From Candidatus Nomurabacteria bacterium (GTDB lineage Bacteria; Patescibacteriota; Minisyncoccia; Phycocordibacterales; SBAW01): a DNA stretch of 60,712 nucleotides. A program made the position numbers and the translations under genes. Shown one piece after another: positions 37,003-46,793 of this stretch. Location: NCBI GenBank assembly GCA_943356415.1, contig CALREW010000001.1:289900-350611 (forward strand), read 5' to 3'. Within the stretch, counting starts at the first letter, position 1; each line of letters starts with the position of its first letter. The notes below the pieces were generated by a model. That model worked only from the letters and a program-made list of their open reading frames with translations. It had not been told where the DNA came from and ran no database searches.

Positions 37003-37530
37003 CTACGATACCATGCGACTTCCCTTGCGACGGCGGTACGTATAGGAAAGTCCCAACGCAAAAGCTGCACCGATAAGCGCTGCGGCAATATAGGGCAACC
37101 ATTTATAAAGCACCCCGCTACCCTGCTTTTCAAGTACGGTGACTTCAAACGTCGTTTCTGCACGTGTTTCGGCGGCGGCCTCGTAGCGGGCATATACCGT
37201 ATACGTTCCCGGCGTTTCAAAGGTATACAGAAGGCCCGTATTCCCAATTTCTGCATGATGTATGCCCGTTGCAAAGAGGGTGCTCGAAGCACTCACGATG
37301 CGAAGCCACACGTCAGAGTATTCCGCAGCGCCTGCTGGTGTCTTTTTCCAAAGTTTAAAATCGAGATACGCAGGCTCCCCCGCAACGATAGGGTCAGACA
37401 AGCCAACATCAATAAGATAGGCTCCGGCATCGCGTTCGACGCTGCGACCGGTGACGTGACCTGATGCTATAAACGGTGAAATTGCAGCTAAAAGTAAAGT
37501 CAGCGCAACAATACTTCGGGGAGCTCTCAT
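37003..37530 (-). CDS. Exported Ig-like protein with C-terminal TM anchor
   Basis: Signal peptide ending ASG-H; FETPGTY.V motif; C-terminal TM followed by RRRK. Confidence 0.75.
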   Translation of the reverse strand: MRAPRSIVALTLLLAAISPFIASGHVTGRSVERDAGAYLIDVGLSDPIVAGEPAYLDFKLWKKTPAGAAEYSDVWLRIVSASSTLFATGIHHAEIGNTGLLYTFETPGTYTVYARYEAAAETRAETTFEVTVLEKQGSGVLYKWLPYIAAALIGAAFALGLSYTYRRRKGSRMVS

Positions 37531-37548
37531 AATTTTACTGTATCAGAG

Positions 37549-39060
37549 TTAGAGACCTCTCCGTGGATCTTCGCAGTAAGGACGGTATTTCTCATCAATG
37601 GTAGGACACACGTTTTGGTACTTCTCAGGTGCATACACAGATTTTGCCGTAGCAAACACCGCACGCACACATCCTATACGCTCATCCTCGGTAAGGGAGG
37701 CTTGCGAGCAGAATCGAAGTGCGATGCGGTACTCATTCCCCACGGTTAATCGCTCAAGAATGCCGGTGGGGATTCCGGTGATGCACGGGTCGACAAGATC
37801 CGACCGAGCACCGTGGCATGCATTAACAATCGATGCAAAAGCATCGGTCGAAAAATCCCTCATTGTAACGCCAAGGACGCGGGAGATCCCCTCCATGGCC
37901 AATCTTGAGTCAATTCGATTTTCGATACGTTCAACAAGGATTATCGACTTAGTGAAATCCGACCCGGTCTGCCTGAACACAGGCAGATTCATCTCGGAGA
38001 GGCATGGGGTTCGTATCCTACTCTCCTTCCAAGATGCACATACGCCATACAGATCGGCAACTGCAAGACGTAGACCGTATGCGTTGTTTATGTACAACAG
38101 GGCAAGAGAATCGAACGCGCCTGAAGCGCATCTGAAGAAATGTGGTTCAGTCGGATCAACACGTTCGCACAGCGCAAGTCCAGGTGCGATAAGTTTCTTT
38201 GGATCTTCCCAATCTCGTGGGTCAGCACCATCGACCGCGCCATGGCCGATTCCGTGATAACAGGCGCCTTCCACATTTCCTGCACCACCAGAGAGCGAAC
38301 GTGCCGCTTCAGCGCAAAAGCGCTTTGCTGCAGCGACATCGCCTGACTCCTGCAACATCGTTTCCATGAACCCATGATAGAACCCGAATCCGCAGTATGA
38401 AGCCTTATCCAAAAGCGGCATTGTCCCCTCCCGTGCAAATATCCGATACGCCGCTTCGCCAAGTGTATGGGCCGATGCGTGACACCAATCAGCGAACGCT
38501 GGATTTGTCTCATAGAGGCGCGACATTTCATTGAGCGCGGCTTCAAGCCCACGGTCAGCGAGTACGCCATTGATATGCTCCGCAAAACATTCGCCCGTGG
38601 GAGCATCCTTGTCCGTACACGTTTTTTGTACAACCGCCCCTCGTTGGTCAAGAACGATTATTTCTCCAACACGGCCAGGAACGAGGTGGTCATGGTATTG
38701 CCACAGACCGGGCGTAATAAACGTAAATGTCCAAGTGTCTCCAGGCGGTACCGGCCTCCTTGGATCAAAAGCGGCATAAATATTGTGCGTGGGATGGGGA
38801 TCAGATGCAGGCCACGCTTCTTTTCCTGTCGCATTCACAAACTGAACAGTGTCTCCCTGCTTTACGACGAGGCGTTGCGGGGAAAAGCCTTCTTCGGTGA
38901 GCGTAACGGTCCTGCCCTCAGAGAGCGTGTACTGGTCACCCGCTGAGAAAAGCGAGCTCCTGATGCCAGAAGCAAAGTAGAGAAGCGCGATGAGGACCGC
39001 TAGTGCACAAATGGAAACTGGGAGAGTCTTTTGCTTCCATATGGAGGAAATCAAGGTCAT
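37549..39060 (-). CDS. Cupredoxin-like domain + Cys/His-motif domain protein (paralogue 1)
   Basis: TM; FSP..L.V..GD.V.F.N, WPASDPHPTH, G.WQYHDH; WCHASAH.LG, CGFGFYHG, CYHGIGHG, CASGAF. Confidence 0.8.
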   Translation of the reverse strand: MTLISSIWKQKTLPVSICALAVLIALLYFASGIRSSLFSAGDQYTLSEGRTVTLTEEGFSPQRLVVKQGDTVQFVNATGKEAWPASDPHPTHNIYAAFDPRRPVPPGDTWTFTFITPGLWQYHDHLVPGRVGEIIVLDQRGAVVQKTCTDKDAPTGECFAEHINGVLADRGLEAALNEMSRLYETNPAFADWCHASAHTLGEAAYRIFAREGTMPLLDKASYCGFGFYHGFMETMLQESGDVAAAKRFCAEAARSLSGGAGNVEGACYHGIGHGAVDGADPRDWEDPKKLIAPGLALCERVDPTEPHFFRCASGAFDSLALLYINNAYGLRLAVADLYGVCASWKESRIRTPCLSEMNLPVFRQTGSDFTKSIILVERIENRIDSRLAMEGISRVLGVTMRDFSTDAFASIVNACHGARSDLVDPCITGIPTGILERLTVGNEYRIALRFCSQASLTEDERIGCVRAVFATAKSVYAPEKYQNVCPTIDEKYRPYCEDPRRGL

Positions 39061-39069
39061 ACAAAATTT

Positions 39070-40284
39070 TCAATTCGACAAGAGCGTACATTTCTTCGCA
39101 TACTCCGGAGGGAGCGCAGCGCACAGTGCTTGTCTACTGGGACTCCCCTCGACGAGATTGAACCGCATCATAGAAAGCAGGTAGGTATAGCAGCCATCTT
39201 GATACTCCGGAGACGCCAGCGCGCAGGCTGCTGACGCATCGGCTCCTTTTGTTCTATCTTCTTCAATAAACGCATTGGCAAGTATGCCGATACACTCAGG
39301 CACTCGTCCTTTCGGCATTTGCTCGCAAAGAGAAACTCGCGCTGAAGGATTACTGATACCGAAACGCGCACCGATACTAAAGACCGTTCGATAGCAGATT
39401 TCTTGTATCTTTGAATCTTTGCTCGATTGGCAGAATGCCTGTGTACCTGTAGCAGTTTGAAGTTCGTCTCTAAAAAGAGGCCAGCCTTCACTGAAGCATT
39501 GCCCTCGCTTTTGTTCAGTGTTGTAGGCAGCACAAAATGTCAGAAGCGTCTCTTTGGTCGGCTTAACGGGCAGTCGTTCGATGAGAGCGTAATCTTCAGG
39601 CTCAAGAGGCTGAAAAATCTGCATAAACACACCCGAGACACACGTTGGCACATACGCTTCTCTTCCCCGTCGTTGTGCGATTGCCCCACAATAATCCGCC
39701 GCCAAAGAGAGGTCTGCGTTCGTTAAGTGGGTCAATACGTGTCCAAGTGCGTGATAACACATAGCGCGATCGAGGTCCGACGGCTCCCACCCTGGAGCTC
39801 GCTCGCACGCTTCTGCGAAGTCGGGAACAATAGCGTCAATCTGCTCCTCGGAGAGGACCGCGTAGTTGAAACGCCCTACGATGATTCCATGAAGAAAACC
39901 ATTTGAGCAGAGACCGTCGGGCGGGTTTCTATGCATCAGGTCAACCCATTGATCCGGATTCTGCTTTACCAAAGCGGCTCCAAGCTCGTGACCGAGCACA
40001 TGGCAAAAACGGTACGAAGTATCTTCACGCTGTAGTGCCCGCACTACTGAAAACACTCCTTCGATAGGACTCACATAGAGGAGAAGCGGCACGTTCTCTT
40101 CGTAACAAAGCGGTTTGTCATTCCTCTCCGCACAATGCGTAACAATGACATGAGCCGCTGCGCGCGCAACACGCGAAGAGAGTCCTGGGAAAGAAGCAAC
40201 GACGACGTACAGAAACGCGCACACACCAAACAAAATGGCGAGTATGGTTCCTATCGTGCGAAGTACAGTGCGAGGTGTTTTCAT
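39070..40284 (-). CDS. Cys/His-motif exported protein (paralogue 2)
   Basis: TM; FCHVLGHELG, CSNGFLHG, CYHALGH, CVSGVFM. Confidence 0.8.
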   Translation of the reverse strand: MKTPRTVLRTIGTILAILFGVCAFLYVVVASFPGLSSRVARAAAHVIVTHCAERNDKPLCYEENVPLLLYVSPIEGVFSVVRALQREDTSYRFCHVLGHELGAALVKQNPDQWVDLMHRNPPDGLCSNGFLHGIIVGRFNYAVLSEEQIDAIVPDFAEACERAPGWEPSDLDRAMCYHALGHVLTHLTNADLSLAADYCGAIAQRRGREAYVPTCVSGVFMQIFQPLEPEDYALIERLPVKPTKETLLTFCAAYNTEQKRGQCFSEGWPLFRDELQTATGTQAFCQSSKDSKIQEICYRTVFSIGARFGISNPSARVSLCEQMPKGRVPECIGILANAFIEEDRTKGADASAACALASPEYQDGCYTYLLSMMRFNLVEGSPSRQALCAALPPEYAKKCTLLSN

Positions 40285-40290
40285 GTGCGT

Positions 40291-41793
40291 CTATTTGGAA
40301 GGGTCAATGCACATAGCTTTCAAATCAGATTCAACCCGGCTACAAATGGCCGCGTGTTTGTCCGCAGAATAAAATGCCTTTTCAGTTGCAAACGCAGCAC
40401 GCATACAAGCTACATGCTCATCATGCGTGAGAGACGACGTGGAACAAAACTCGAATGCTTTTTTGTATTCCTCCCCCGGTACCCCACCCTCATACATACC
40501 TCCAGGGATTCCACTGAGACACGGCACAACAAGGTCACGGCGAGCACTGTGACAGGCAGCAACCGCTGACACAAAGGCGTCTGGAGATGCCGATACTAAT
40601 TGTGCACCAACCACTCCAGCAAGGCTCTGCATAGCCATCGCTGCGTGGGGCATGCCATCAATACGCTCAATAGTCTGTATCGCTTTCTGTAAATCTCGAC
40701 CACTCTGTCGGAATACCGGTATATTCATCTCGTAGTAACACGGGATGCGTATTCGGTCCTCCGACCAACGCTCGCAAATACCGTACAGATCTGCCGTATC
40801 CAGTCGCAGTCCATAGGTATTGCTTATATACATGAGTGCCAGGGAGTTGAATGCCCCCGAAGCACATCTGAAGAAATGCGGTTCAGTTGGGTCAACACGC
40901 TCGCATAGCGCAAGTCCAGGTTCGATAAGTTTCTTTGGATCCTCCCAATCTCGAGGATCGGCTCCATCGACTGCACCGTGCCCAATGCCGTGGAAACACG
41001 CACCTTCGGCATTTTGTGTCTCATTACCGAGTATCTCTTGTGCGTGGGCACAGAAATCACGAGCCTTCCCCACATCTCCCGTTGACTGAAGCATGGCTTC
41101 CATAAATCCGTGATAGAAACCGAATCCGCAATACGACGTCTTCCCGGTAAGCTCCAAAGTGCCATCCTTCTCGTAGATGCGATACGCCTCTTCTCCAAGC
41201 GTGTGACTTACCGAATGGCACGAGTCCTTAAATCCTGGAACTTTCTCATACAGACGCGCCATTTCATTTAACGCAGCTTCAAGCCCCCTTTCTTTAAGAA
41301 CGTCTTTTACATCAGCTTCAAAACAACTGGCAGACTCTCTGTTAGCACTCGTGCATGCAGTTTTTACAACTGCACCTCGATAATCGAGAACGATAATCTC
41401 ACCTGTTTTATCTGATGCAAGATGATCGTGATATTGCCACACGCCGGGATTAGTAAATGTAAACTCCCAAGAACCTCCAGGCGCTATCGGCGCTCTGGGA
41501 TCAAACGCTGGATAAATAGTGTGGTTTGGATGCGAATCGGATGCTGGCCAAAACTCATGCGTCGTCGCGTTGTCGAAGTGAACCGTATCTCCTTGTCTGA
41601 CAACAAGTCGTGCCGGAGAAAAGCCCTCGTCAGTGCGCGTGATAGTTCTCTCTTCAGAAAGCTCGAACCGCTCGTCTGCAACGAAAAGTGAACGAGCCGC
41701 ACCGGAGGTAGCAACAAAAGACAGGAAGAAGGTACATGCAATAATGACCGATGCGATCGTGAGGGGCTTTAGTTTTGAAAATAAATTTTTCAT
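40291..41793 (-). CDS. Cupredoxin-like domain + Cys/His-motif domain protein (paralogue 3)
   Basis: Co-linear with 37549..39060; WPASDSHPNH, YHDH; SCHSVSH.LG, CGFGFYHG, CFHGIGHG. Confidence 0.8.
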   Translation of the reverse strand: MKNLFSKLKPLTIASVIIACTFFLSFVATSGAARSLFVADERFELSEERTITRTDEGFSPARLVVRQGDTVHFDNATTHEFWPASDSHPNHTIYPAFDPRAPIAPGGSWEFTFTNPGVWQYHDHLASDKTGEIIVLDYRGAVVKTACTSANRESASCFEADVKDVLKERGLEAALNEMARLYEKVPGFKDSCHSVSHTLGEEAYRIYEKDGTLELTGKTSYCGFGFYHGFMEAMLQSTGDVGKARDFCAHAQEILGNETQNAEGACFHGIGHGAVDGADPRDWEDPKKLIEPGLALCERVDPTEPHFFRCASGAFNSLALMYISNTYGLRLDTADLYGICERWSEDRIRIPCYYEMNIPVFRQSGRDLQKAIQTIERIDGMPHAAMAMQSLAGVVGAQLVSASPDAFVSAVAACHSARRDLVVPCLSGIPGGMYEGGVPGEEYKKAFEFCSTSSLTHDEHVACMRAAFATEKAFYSADKHAAICSRVESDLKAMCIDPSK

Positions 41794-42869
41794 AACGCAG
41801 GAGGGCGCGCGCCCTTAGGCGAAATGACCACTGCGGCGTGTATATAGAATGCACAATAGTCCTTATCCGCCTGAGGGAGTCCTTCGCATATTGCCATCGC
41901 CTTTGTACGGATGGTGCTCTCGGCAAACGCGCTACTTGCAGCGGCTGCGCGGCATAGCGTTTCTTCGTATTGGCGCGATGCAGCATCCTGACAGAGCGCA
42001 ATAGTCTTCTGCATGTCGTATGCGACCAACATCGGTGCCACGTAGCCAATACCTTCAAAACAAGGTTCTCTCAGCGCTGAGGGTGCGCTCCGACACCACC
42101 TACCCATTTGCGTAAAAATCACCGAGAACGTGACGCCGGGATAGTGCGTCGGTTGCGCCCACCACTGAGGCTGCCAAAATAAACAGACACGCGAATCTTC
42201 CTTAGAGAGCTCGAGACAAGGGAAAAAAGGATCATCTCCAAGCGGTCGGAGTCCTTCGTCACCTGGACCTCGCATCGTGTGCAAGTTGTATTCCATGATG
42301 GCCCCATTGATACAGTCTCCAAGTGGATCGTGGCTAAGTTCTTTGCACGTTGTAAGCGCCTTCTTTAGTCCTTCGACGTTGTAGCCTAGGTACAACTGTA
42401 TCCCGTGGCCAATACCATGGTTGCATCCCACGACATTAACGGCATCGAATGTCTCAAAACATTTTTGACCAAGCGCGGCGATCCCTGAAAGTCCTTGCGC
42501 TTGTATCACATATCCAAAAAGAGAGTGGAAACAGCCATATTGAAACGACGAGTCGCAGACTGCCAACCCATCGATACCCACACGCTCCGAGAGTGCTTCA
42601 CCGAAGAGATGTCCGGCTGCGTGTTGTTGGGGCAGCGTTAAGTTTGCGTAGGCTTGAAGAAATTCTGCGTAGGCTTCAGTGCCACCGAGCCGCTCTATTT
42701 CCCCCATCCAAAATTGATGGCCTCTCGACACTCCCTCTGGCGTTGTTATGTCAGGTGCCACAAAGTGAACGTTGGGAGAACCAATGTAGGGAATCAAAAA
42801 GAATCCAGCTGCGAGCGCTGCAAGTATAAGCGCAGCTACTATCTGTCTTTTCACTTCGCGCCGCGACAT
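41790..42869 (-). CDS. Cys/His-motif exported protein (paralogue 4)
   Basis: TM; QHAAGHLFG, CFHS, CNHGIGHG, CINGAIM. Confidence 0.78.
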   Translation of the reverse strand: MSRREVKRQIVAALILAALAAGFFLIPYIGSPNVHFVAPDITTPEGVSRGHQFWMGEIERLGGTEAYAEFLQAYANLTLPQQHAAGHLFGEALSERVGIDGLAVCDSSFQYGCFHSLFGYVIQAQGLSGIAALGQKCFETFDAVNVVGCNHGIGHGIQLYLGYNVEGLKKALTTCKELSHDPLGDCINGAIMEYNLHTMRGPGDEGLRPLGDDPFFPCLELSKEDSRVCLFWQPQWWAQPTHYPGVTFSVIFTQMGRWCRSAPSALREPCFEGIGYVAPMLVAYDMQKTIALCQDAASRQYEETLCRAAAASSAFAESTIRTKAMAICEGLPQADKDYCAFYIHAAVVISPKGARPPAL

Positions 42870-44101
42870 ATGGTTTGTGCGTCCTCAGGCAAGAGTTTGC
42901 AGAGTGGTTCGCGCTCCTCGCTTTTCGGCGCATATCGAGCCATAAGATGAGCGAGGTCATCGACGCACGCGTCGCCGTATTCTTTATTTTTGTTTGCGAG
43001 TACGTGGCAGTACCTAACCGACACCTGGGGCTCATTCTCTCCACCCCAATAGATGGAATGGAGCACGCTGAGAAGACAAAGCGTGGTGTCATGTTCGTTC
43101 CCTGAAAGGGCACACCACTGCCCCATCCGCTCAAATTCTTCATCGGTGATGGTCACAACGGTTCGCCTATCACTTTGGCGTGCGTAATTGAGTATTTCTT
43201 TTCCAAACGACGCAACACACGTATTTCGATCGGGGTCGTTGGGCGCAAGCACACGGCAGTACGAAAATGCTTTCGGATATACCGCTGGATTTGGACTATT
43301 CATGTCACCACCAGCAACTTCGATAAGGTGCGGAGTTATGTAGCTGTAGCAATAGGTTTTAACTTCAGCAGGCATAAATGCGGCGTCACACGGATAGAGC
43401 GGGTCTGCAGCATACAAATAATGTGGCCGCATCGATGCCCAAATACCAGGATTGTGACCCCCGCCAGAAATGGTCTCCATAACCGCCCCTCCAACACATT
43501 GTCCAAATTCCTGTCGATCATATTCGGCCGTCGCCGTTTTCTTGCACAGAGCGATGGTTTTCTCGAGATTGTAATCGGTGAACGCTAATATGCCGTGACC
43601 AAGCCCATGGAAACACATGGTGTACGCGCCGAGCCCTCCAGGCGCTTTCTTGCATGCGGCCTGTATGTCGTTGGTTGCCGCTTCGCCGTAATCGAGCATG
43701 AGACCGACAACAACGGTGTGCGAACAGGCATTTCGAAATTCGCTCGTACAGTAGGAAATCGCGTCCTTGCCATATTCTTTGTATAGCTGGTCGCCGATAA
43801 CGTGTCCGAGCAAGTGAACATCAGTTTTTGGCGGCAAGTCCACACGTCTCAATATTTCGTAGGCATAGAGCGCCCCTTTTTTTTCTGCGATATCTTGAAA
43901 ATAATCTCTCAGCTCGTTGAAGTCGCGCTGGTGCGATGCGATATCTCGCAATTCCGGATACGCAGTGGCTTTCTTCGTATATGCCACATATCCGTAACTG
44001 AGAAATGCTGCAAGTACTACCAACGTCGCAATAGCCACCACGCGATTATTCGTCACTCGCGCGGTACACGTTAAAAGAAAGTTACTGTATTTCTTCAGCA
44101 T
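42851..44101 (-). CDS. Cys/His-motif exported protein (paralogue 5)
   Basis: Start at MLKK (44101); TM; VHLLGHVIG, CSH, CFHGLGHG, CVGGAVM. Confidence 0.78.
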   Translation of the reverse strand: MLKKYSNFLLTCTARVTNNRVVAIATLVVLAAFLSYGYVAYTKKATAYPELRDIASHQRDFNELRDYFQDIAEKKGALYAYEILRRVDLPPKTDVHLLGHVIGDQLYKEYGKDAISYCTSEFRNACSHTVVVGLMLDYGEAATNDIQAACKKAPGGLGAYTMCFHGLGHGILAFTDYNLEKTIALCKKTATAEYDRQEFGQCVGGAVMETISGGGHNPGIWASMRPHYLYAADPLYPCDAAFMPAEVKTYCYSYITPHLIEVAGGDMNSPNPAVYPKAFSYCRVLAPNDPDRNTCVASFGKEILNYARQSDRRTVVTITDEEFERMGQWCALSGNEHDTTLCLLSVLHSIYWGGENEPQVSVRYCHVLANKNKEYGDACVDDLAHLMARYAPKSEEREPLCKLLPEDAQTICRGAK

Positions 44102-44168
44102 AAAAGGCAGACGGGATTTAGTATGCCAGAGGCACAACGCCCCGCCTACGTATCGTATACTAAGATAC

Positions 44169-44573
44169 ATGCCAGCCGCGCTTGCGCTACTTGTCACGAT
44201 TGGGTTTGCTGCAGGTGCAGGGGCAGCGCTCTACGCATCACCCCTTATCGAGGAAGGAAGCAGCTACTCAACGTGGGTCCTCGGGTCACGTTCAAATCTC
44301 CTGTCCCTAGGCGGAAGTGTGGAAGCAATCGGGGATAATTTTTTTGTACTGAAAGAAGAAGGTGGCGATATGCGCATCCATATGGCCTATGACGCGCAAA
44401 CGCTCTCCCTTGCCTTATCTGAAAAAGAGGAATCCGGCGTCATAACCGGCACGCGACTCTTGGTTGTCCCGCCGCAAGAATACTTACAAACAGGAGCGCT
44501 TGTGCGAATCGTACTGCGCTCGACACCAGAGACGAGCGCACCGTACGCGGCACTTATTACCCTAACACCCTGA
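44169..44573 (+). CDS. Small exported beta-rich protein (DUF5666/OB-like, tentative)
   Basis: Signal/TM; G.V..IGDNFF.L...T...G..V.I pattern; TATACT 7 nt upstream. Confidence 0.65.
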   Translation: MPAALALLVTIGFAAGAGAALYASPLIEEGSSYSTWVLGSRSNLLSLGGSVEAIGDNFFVLKEEGGDMRIHMAYDAQTLSLALSEKEESGVITGTRLLVVPPQEYLQTGALVRIVLRSTPETSAPYAALITLTP

Positions 44574-44574
44574 T

Positions 44575-45042
44575 ATGTTCTCTGTACCAAAAGAAACATA
44601 CATATACGTTGGTTGCATCGCTATCCTTGCCATACTCTTGGGTGCAAGCGTTGTTTGGAATATCTTTCAATTGCGCGCTGCTCAGCTGGCCTCACTGCAG
44701 CAAGACAAAGCAGTGATAGCGGCTCTCAATGAAAACTTGCGACGCCGCGGCACCGTTATTGGAAACGACCCGATTACAAAAAAAATACGCATTGCGTACG
44801 TGGCAGCCGGCACCACGGTTAAGAAACGCATGGAAATCACTCTTAGTCCTGCCGCGAACATCCAACGCACCAGTGCAATAAAAAATAGTGAAGGTGTTAT
44901 TGTCGGCGTGAAAGCAGCGCGAATACTTCAGGAAAATGTACGTATCGGAGAGGATATCTATCTCATCACGAAGCCTACGACTGTCGGCGAATCATTTGAA
45001 ACATCGACCGTTTTTGTTGGAGATATTCTTCAGCGTCAGTAA
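44575..45042 (+). CDS. Small membrane-anchored protein (OB-like, tentative)
   Basis: N-terminal TM; RGTVIG...IGEDIYL pattern; 1 nt after the previous stop. Confidence 0.65.
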   Translation: MFSVPKETYIYVGCIAILAILLGASVVWNIFQLRAAQLASLQQDKAVIAALNENLRRRGTVIGNDPITKKIRIAYVAAGTTVKKRMEITLSPAANIQRTSAIKNSEGVIVGVKAARILQENVRIGEDIYLITKPTTVGESFETSTVFVGDILQRQ

Positions 45043-45047
45043 GTGAC

Positions 45048-46328
45048 TTATCGTGCGATATGCAGACGCTTTCGTTTGTTGAAATTCGGCATTCGCGTTT
45101 GCGCCTCAGAAAGTAGCTCAACGGTAAGCGGTGCAACGAGTCCTTTTTCGACAAGATCAGCGTAGGTATGTATGGAACTTACCTTGAGCGCAGCCGCGAG
45201 CGTAGAAGCGCTGTTGTGAATTGAAGCGTCGGTATACAGCGTGATACTAAGAGAAGGCAATGTTCCATTGTCCTGCCACAGCGCACTGAAATCGAAAACT
45301 GGGTGAGGTAACGAGTAAACCGCCTCTTCTAAAGCAGCAACGCTTATCCCTCCGAGCGGCACCTTGACCTTATCGAGCGTAGCCCGCCCGAGTATTTCCA
45401 TAAGTGGCTCTGTGCTTCCGCAGACACACGGTACAACCTGGTGGACAACCGCATAGTCACCAGTCCGGTAGCGAATAAGCGGAAATCCCATAGGCACAAG
45501 CGCAGTGAGTACCATCTCGCCTTCCACCCCTGCATCAATTTCAAGCAACGCTCCAGTCTCAGGATCAATAAGTTCGATGGCGTACGTTGAGAATGGGTGG
45601 ATATGGTTGGGAGCCTCCCTCAAGCGCTTCGGGCACGTATGCGCGGCCATACCTTGCGATTCAGTAGAGGCGTACATGGTGGCTATTTGCGCTCGCGGAA
45701 ACGCGTCCGCTATCTTATTGCGCTGCAGAGCCGTAAGACGTTCCCCCAGCAGAAGGATGAACCGTATGTTCTCCCGCAAGGACGAGGCTTCAAAGTGTGG
45801 CAATATGCTTACCAAAGGCGACGGGAATGAAAAGATGGAGTCAGTCTTAGCCTCTTCACCTAGGCGGACAGAAAGTTCTGGATCATGAAAATCACCGACG
45901 ACAACCGGCATGCCGTCTGTTGCTTGCAAATGCGCCTCGTGGATAACGCTCGCAGCGGAAAACATGAGCAACGAGTAAGGATCTTCTTTCTTAAAATACG
46001 GACCAAAATAGCGACCGGCGAGGTCCGAGTCCTCGTTAAATCCGACCGATTGCCGATAGCGCATAAGTTCGGGTTCCTCAAGGACCGGAAAACCTATCAC
46101 GCGTCTTCCTGACGACCCAGACGTTGCTCGAACAAAACGCATCATTTCTCGCGGGACAAACACACGATCGAAGAATGGCGTGGCGTCAATCTCCTCTCGC
46201 GTGAGAAGTGGTATGGAAGGAAGTGGTCTTTCAATGATCCTCGCATAATCCGTGCCGTACTTGCGTCGGTAAAAATCCGAATACGGATTATTGATCGCAA
46301 AGGAAAGTATCTGCGAAAGCTTTCTCAT
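45048..46328 (-). CDS. PaaK/coenzyme F390 synthetase-like adenylate-forming (ANL) enzyme, copy A
   Basis: FYRRKY, TSGSSG P-loop, YASTE, GEMVLT, LIRYRTGD, GR hinge. Confidence 0.88.
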   Translation of the reverse strand: MRKLSQILSFAINNPYSDFYRRKYGTDYARIIERPLPSIPLLTREEIDATPFFDRVFVPREMMRFVRATSGSSGRRVIGFPVLEEPELMRYRQSVGFNEDSDLAGRYFGPYFKKEDPYSLLMFSAASVIHEAHLQATDGMPVVVGDFHDPELSVRLGEEAKTDSIFSFPSPLVSILPHFEASSLRENIRFILLLGERLTALQRNKIADAFPRAQIATMYASTESQGMAAHTCPKRLREAPNHIHPFSTYAIELIDPETGALLEIDAGVEGEMVLTALVPMGFPLIRYRTGDYAVVHQVVPCVCGSTEPLMEILGRATLDKVKVPLGGISVAALEEAVYSLPHPVFDFSALWQDNGTLPSLSITLYTDASIHNSASTLAAALKVSSIHTYADLVEKGLVAPLTVELLSEAQTRMPNFNKRKRLHIAR

Positions 46329-46777
46329 AGCGCTTCATCGTAGTACGTCTCCCCCGACGGTGCGACAAATGAAGGGCGCGCGCCTTTTGGATGAACGACA
46401 AGCCACCCGCGTACACGCGACTCCAATCCCATGCGCACAACATCGCGCGCAAAATCCTGCAGCGCTTCTTCTGTACCAACCACCGCTTCGATCGGCACTT
46501 CTTCCATAAGGCCCGTAAGAGCAGCGGCATGTGTGGTTAGTGCCAGACCGGTCACAATAGAACGAGTGCGGGCCTCGAGATATGCCGTTCGATGCAATTG
46601 CGTTATAAACGGCAAGAGTAGGCCGAGCGCTCGTGGACGCACCTCATCGAGCATGCGTCCGAGAACTTTCCATGAAGCATCCACGGGTCGTAGGTCAATA
46701 CGAACAGATCCATCGGAGTGACGCACTGGCGTCGGACGCAGCATGGGTGCTGCTGCAGCAGATCTTACATCCATCAA
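46325..46777 (-). CDS. 150-aa hypothetical protein, copy A
   Basis: Homologous to 58696..59148 (W.VLG..L.E, LG..LPF, AY.EA, ALTGLM..V.I.AV); 4-bp overlap with the ligase gene. Confidence 0.8.
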   Translation of the reverse strand: MMDVRSAAAAPMLRPTPVRHSDGSVRIDLRPVDASWKVLGRMLDEVRPRALGLLLPFITQLHRTAYLEARTRSIVTGLALTTHAAALTGLMEEVPIEAVVGTEEALQDFARDVVRMGLESRVRGWLVVHPKGARPSFVAPSGETYYDEAL

Positions 46778-46793
46778 TCTCTCTATCTATGTG

